DNA of 64,000 nt, taken from NCBI GenBank assembly GCA_963826785.1, contig CAWGYD010000003.1, positions 160,001-224,000 on the forward strand. The letters are read 5' to 3'. The position numbers and the translations under genes were made by a program. This stretch comes from an uncultured delta proteobacterium. GTDB taxonomy: Bacteria; Desulfobacterota; Desulfobacteria; Desulfobacterales; Desulfosalsimonadaceae. The notes beneath the pieces were generated by a model, which did no database searches, had not been told where the DNA came from, and was given only the letters and a program-made list of their open reading frames with translations. Below, in pieces: positions 63,040 through 64,000 of this stretch (the first letter of the stretch is position 1; each line of letters opens with the position of its first letter).

Positions 63040-63083
63040 AAAGCGGCCCGTATTTCCCCAAACCGGAAAATACGGGCCGCTTT
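63040..63083. terminator. Bidirectional terminator after fdhA
   Basis: AAAGCGGCCCGTATTT/AAATACGGGCCGCTTT perfect stem. Confidence 0.88.
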
Positions 63084-63120
63084 GTTTTCTCATCGCCGAT
63101 GGGTGGAATAGAACAAAAAA

Positions 63121-63219
63121 AAATGAGGCAACCCTGCTGCCATATCTCTTCTTTTCAAAAGTGACTTAGGCCAGTGGCTTTGCGTCCCATCCTTTCGGGT
63201 GGTTTGCTTTTCTCGATTT
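63121..63219 (-). ncRNA. GEMM-I (c-di-GMP-I class) riboswitch aptamer, A20 variant
   Basis: Minus strand reads GAGAAAAGCAAACCACCCGAAAGGATGGGACGCAAAGCCACTGGCCTAAG...TATGGCAGCAGGGTTGCCTC. It has the GAAA tetraloop, receptor, and GGGACGCAAAGCC core. Confidence 0.92.
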
Positions 63220-63563
63220 AAATTATTGTCCAGTCTTCTTTTGCACGTCAAACCGAACGCCCTCAAATTGCAGATGTCTGGTATTTCCTGCTGAGTCCTG
63301 CCATGGTGCGTTTCAATTAAAAAACAAGTCAATGTCAATAAGTCTATTTTCCGTTTCCGAATAAAAAAAAAAACAAATTAGAAAAAAATCAGTCAACCGC
63401 TCCCGTTTGCCGCACTGTGGAAGCGGCAAAATCGCATGGTTGGATAATTTCGGAAAAGATGCTATTGAAGGATACAATCATATTTCATAAGCAACTCTGC
63501 AAAGCAAAGCTCCGAAACAATTTCGATCGCAAATTATTTAAATTGGGTACTTGGAAAAATTGA

Positions 63564-64000
63564 GTGATAGAAAAACGCTTTGACATTGCCTTTATTGCAC
63601 AACTGGCCCTGCGCGAAAAGCAAATCCAGCAGAATTTCAGACCCATTATAGCCGTACATAAATGGTTTGCCAGAAGGCCGGGCACCCTCTTTCGCGGACT
63701 GTTGCTCTCTGAGTTTATTGACAAGCCTCTTCCCGAAACCTTTTATCAATTCAATTACCTGAAAGGCAAAAAGATAGCCGACCCTTTCATGGGCGGCGGC
63801 ACGCCATTGCTTGAGGCGAATCGACTTGGCTGCGATGTCATCGGATTCGATATTAATCCAATGTCCTATTGGATTGTAAAACAAGAAATCGAACACCTTA
63901 ATTTAGATGATTATGTTCAGGCCGCAAACAACTTGCGTCGCAACTTGGAGATGCAAATCGGCCATCTTTACCGAACCCGCTGTGTCTGCTGTGGAAATGA
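63564..64000 (+). CDS. DUF1156-like DNA methyltransferase, runs off the window end
   Basis: Read manually (absent from the ORF track): MIEKRFDIAFIAQLALREKQIQQNFRPIIAVHKWFARRPGTLFRG...IADPFMGGGTPLLEANRLGCDVIGFDINP...CVCC. Confidence 0.85.
   Translation, partial: MIEKRFDIAFIAQLALREKQIQQNFRPIIAVHKWFARRPGTLFRGLLLSEFIDKPLPETFYQFNYLKGKKIADPFMGGGTPLLEANRLGCDVIGFDINPMSYWIVKQEIEHLNLDDYVQAANNLRRNLEMQIGHLYRTRCVCCGN

Noticed and set aside
63090..63338. 82-aa minus-strand ORF
   Set aside because: It overlaps the riboswitch aptamer and has no recognisable protein features.

Overview
A GC-rich (about 55-60% by eye) bacterial chromosome segment. The gene content suggests an anaerobic Desulfobacterota/Desulfobacterales-like organism (inference). 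Many genes, including housekeeping aroF and fdhA, carry single-base frameshifts that look like sequencing or assembly indels. 1-15 kb is an accessory, decaying zone. It holds three type II toxin-antitoxin pairs (one followed by a lone integron attC site), a PerR/Fur-catalase islet, several internally deleted genes, a MITE, three decayed copies of an unknown sequence, a TetR-controlled decarboxylase/epimerase/SDR cluster and a GH3 glucosidase. 15-36 kb is acyl-CoA and lipid catabolism. Its core is a sigma54/IHF/UAS-controlled operon: SCP2 protein, CoA ligase, two tandem DUF2148-like Fe-S proteins, acyl-CoA dehydrogenase, SCP2-type thiolase, EtfA, a membrane Fe-S oxidoreductase, EtfB and SDRs. 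Its enhancer-binding activator is divergently encoded. 36-63 kb holds a penicillin acylase, a porin plus sugar porter, DUF748, a hybrid kinase, a CoA-transferase, aroF-aroB behind a Trp-type attenuator, PPi-PFK, Mrp, hisD, serC and a selenocysteine formate dehydrogenase with SECIS. The window ends with an orphan GEMM-I riboswitch carrying A20 (a cGAMP-type signature) that points antisense at fdhA, then the start of a DUF1156-like DNA methyltransferase gene. All calls come from reading the sequence; no searches were run.
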